From the NCBI RefSeq assembly GCF_001186125.1, contig NW_014040114.1, forward strand, positions 20,526 through 72,391: DNA of 51,866 nucleotides, written 5' to 3'. A program made the translations under genes and the position numbers. This stretch comes from Sphaeroforma arctica JP610. Taxonomy: Eukaryota. The notes below the pieces were generated by a model. That model did not search any database and was not told the DNA's origin. It saw only the letters and a list, made by a program, of their open reading frames with translations. Positions 51,866-51,866 of the stretch are shown in pieces. Every line of letters starts with the position of its first letter. The first letter of the stretch is position 1.

Positions 51866-51866
51866 C
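51220..51866. repeat. (CA)n/(TA)n microsatellite-rich tract
   Basis: Directly visible; overlapping ORFs are artefacts. Confidence 0.95.

Overview
Repeat-rich eukaryotic genomic DNA (spliceosomal introns, long TA/TG microsatellites, three N-gaps). The SDHD protein looks holozoan/opisthokont-like, but the organism is an inference. One host gene is convincing: a 4-exon SDHD on the minus strand (820-1962). Most of the rest is degenerate transposons: a DIRS RT remnant, possible integrase remnants, a nested pile of Ty3/Gypsy chromovirus-like LTR retrotransposons (14369-43486), a Sola3-like DDD transposase and two LINE fragments. The pile holds four members (A, B, D, E) of one family with ~325-bp LTRs and one member (C) of a second family with ~768-bp LTRs. 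Main finding: both Gypsy families carry a Dam-like DNA N6-adenine methyltransferase domain (DLFA...NPPW) inside pol, between RNase H and a DDE integrase. In family 1 the integrase also ends in a chromodomain. This methyltransferase is normally a feature of tyrosine-recombinase DIRS elements. Other oddities: no tRNA primer-binding site, a positionally conserved in-frame stop at the gag/pol junction, and multi-kb leaders. All copies here are mutationally decayed. Identities were estimated by eye and no searches were run.
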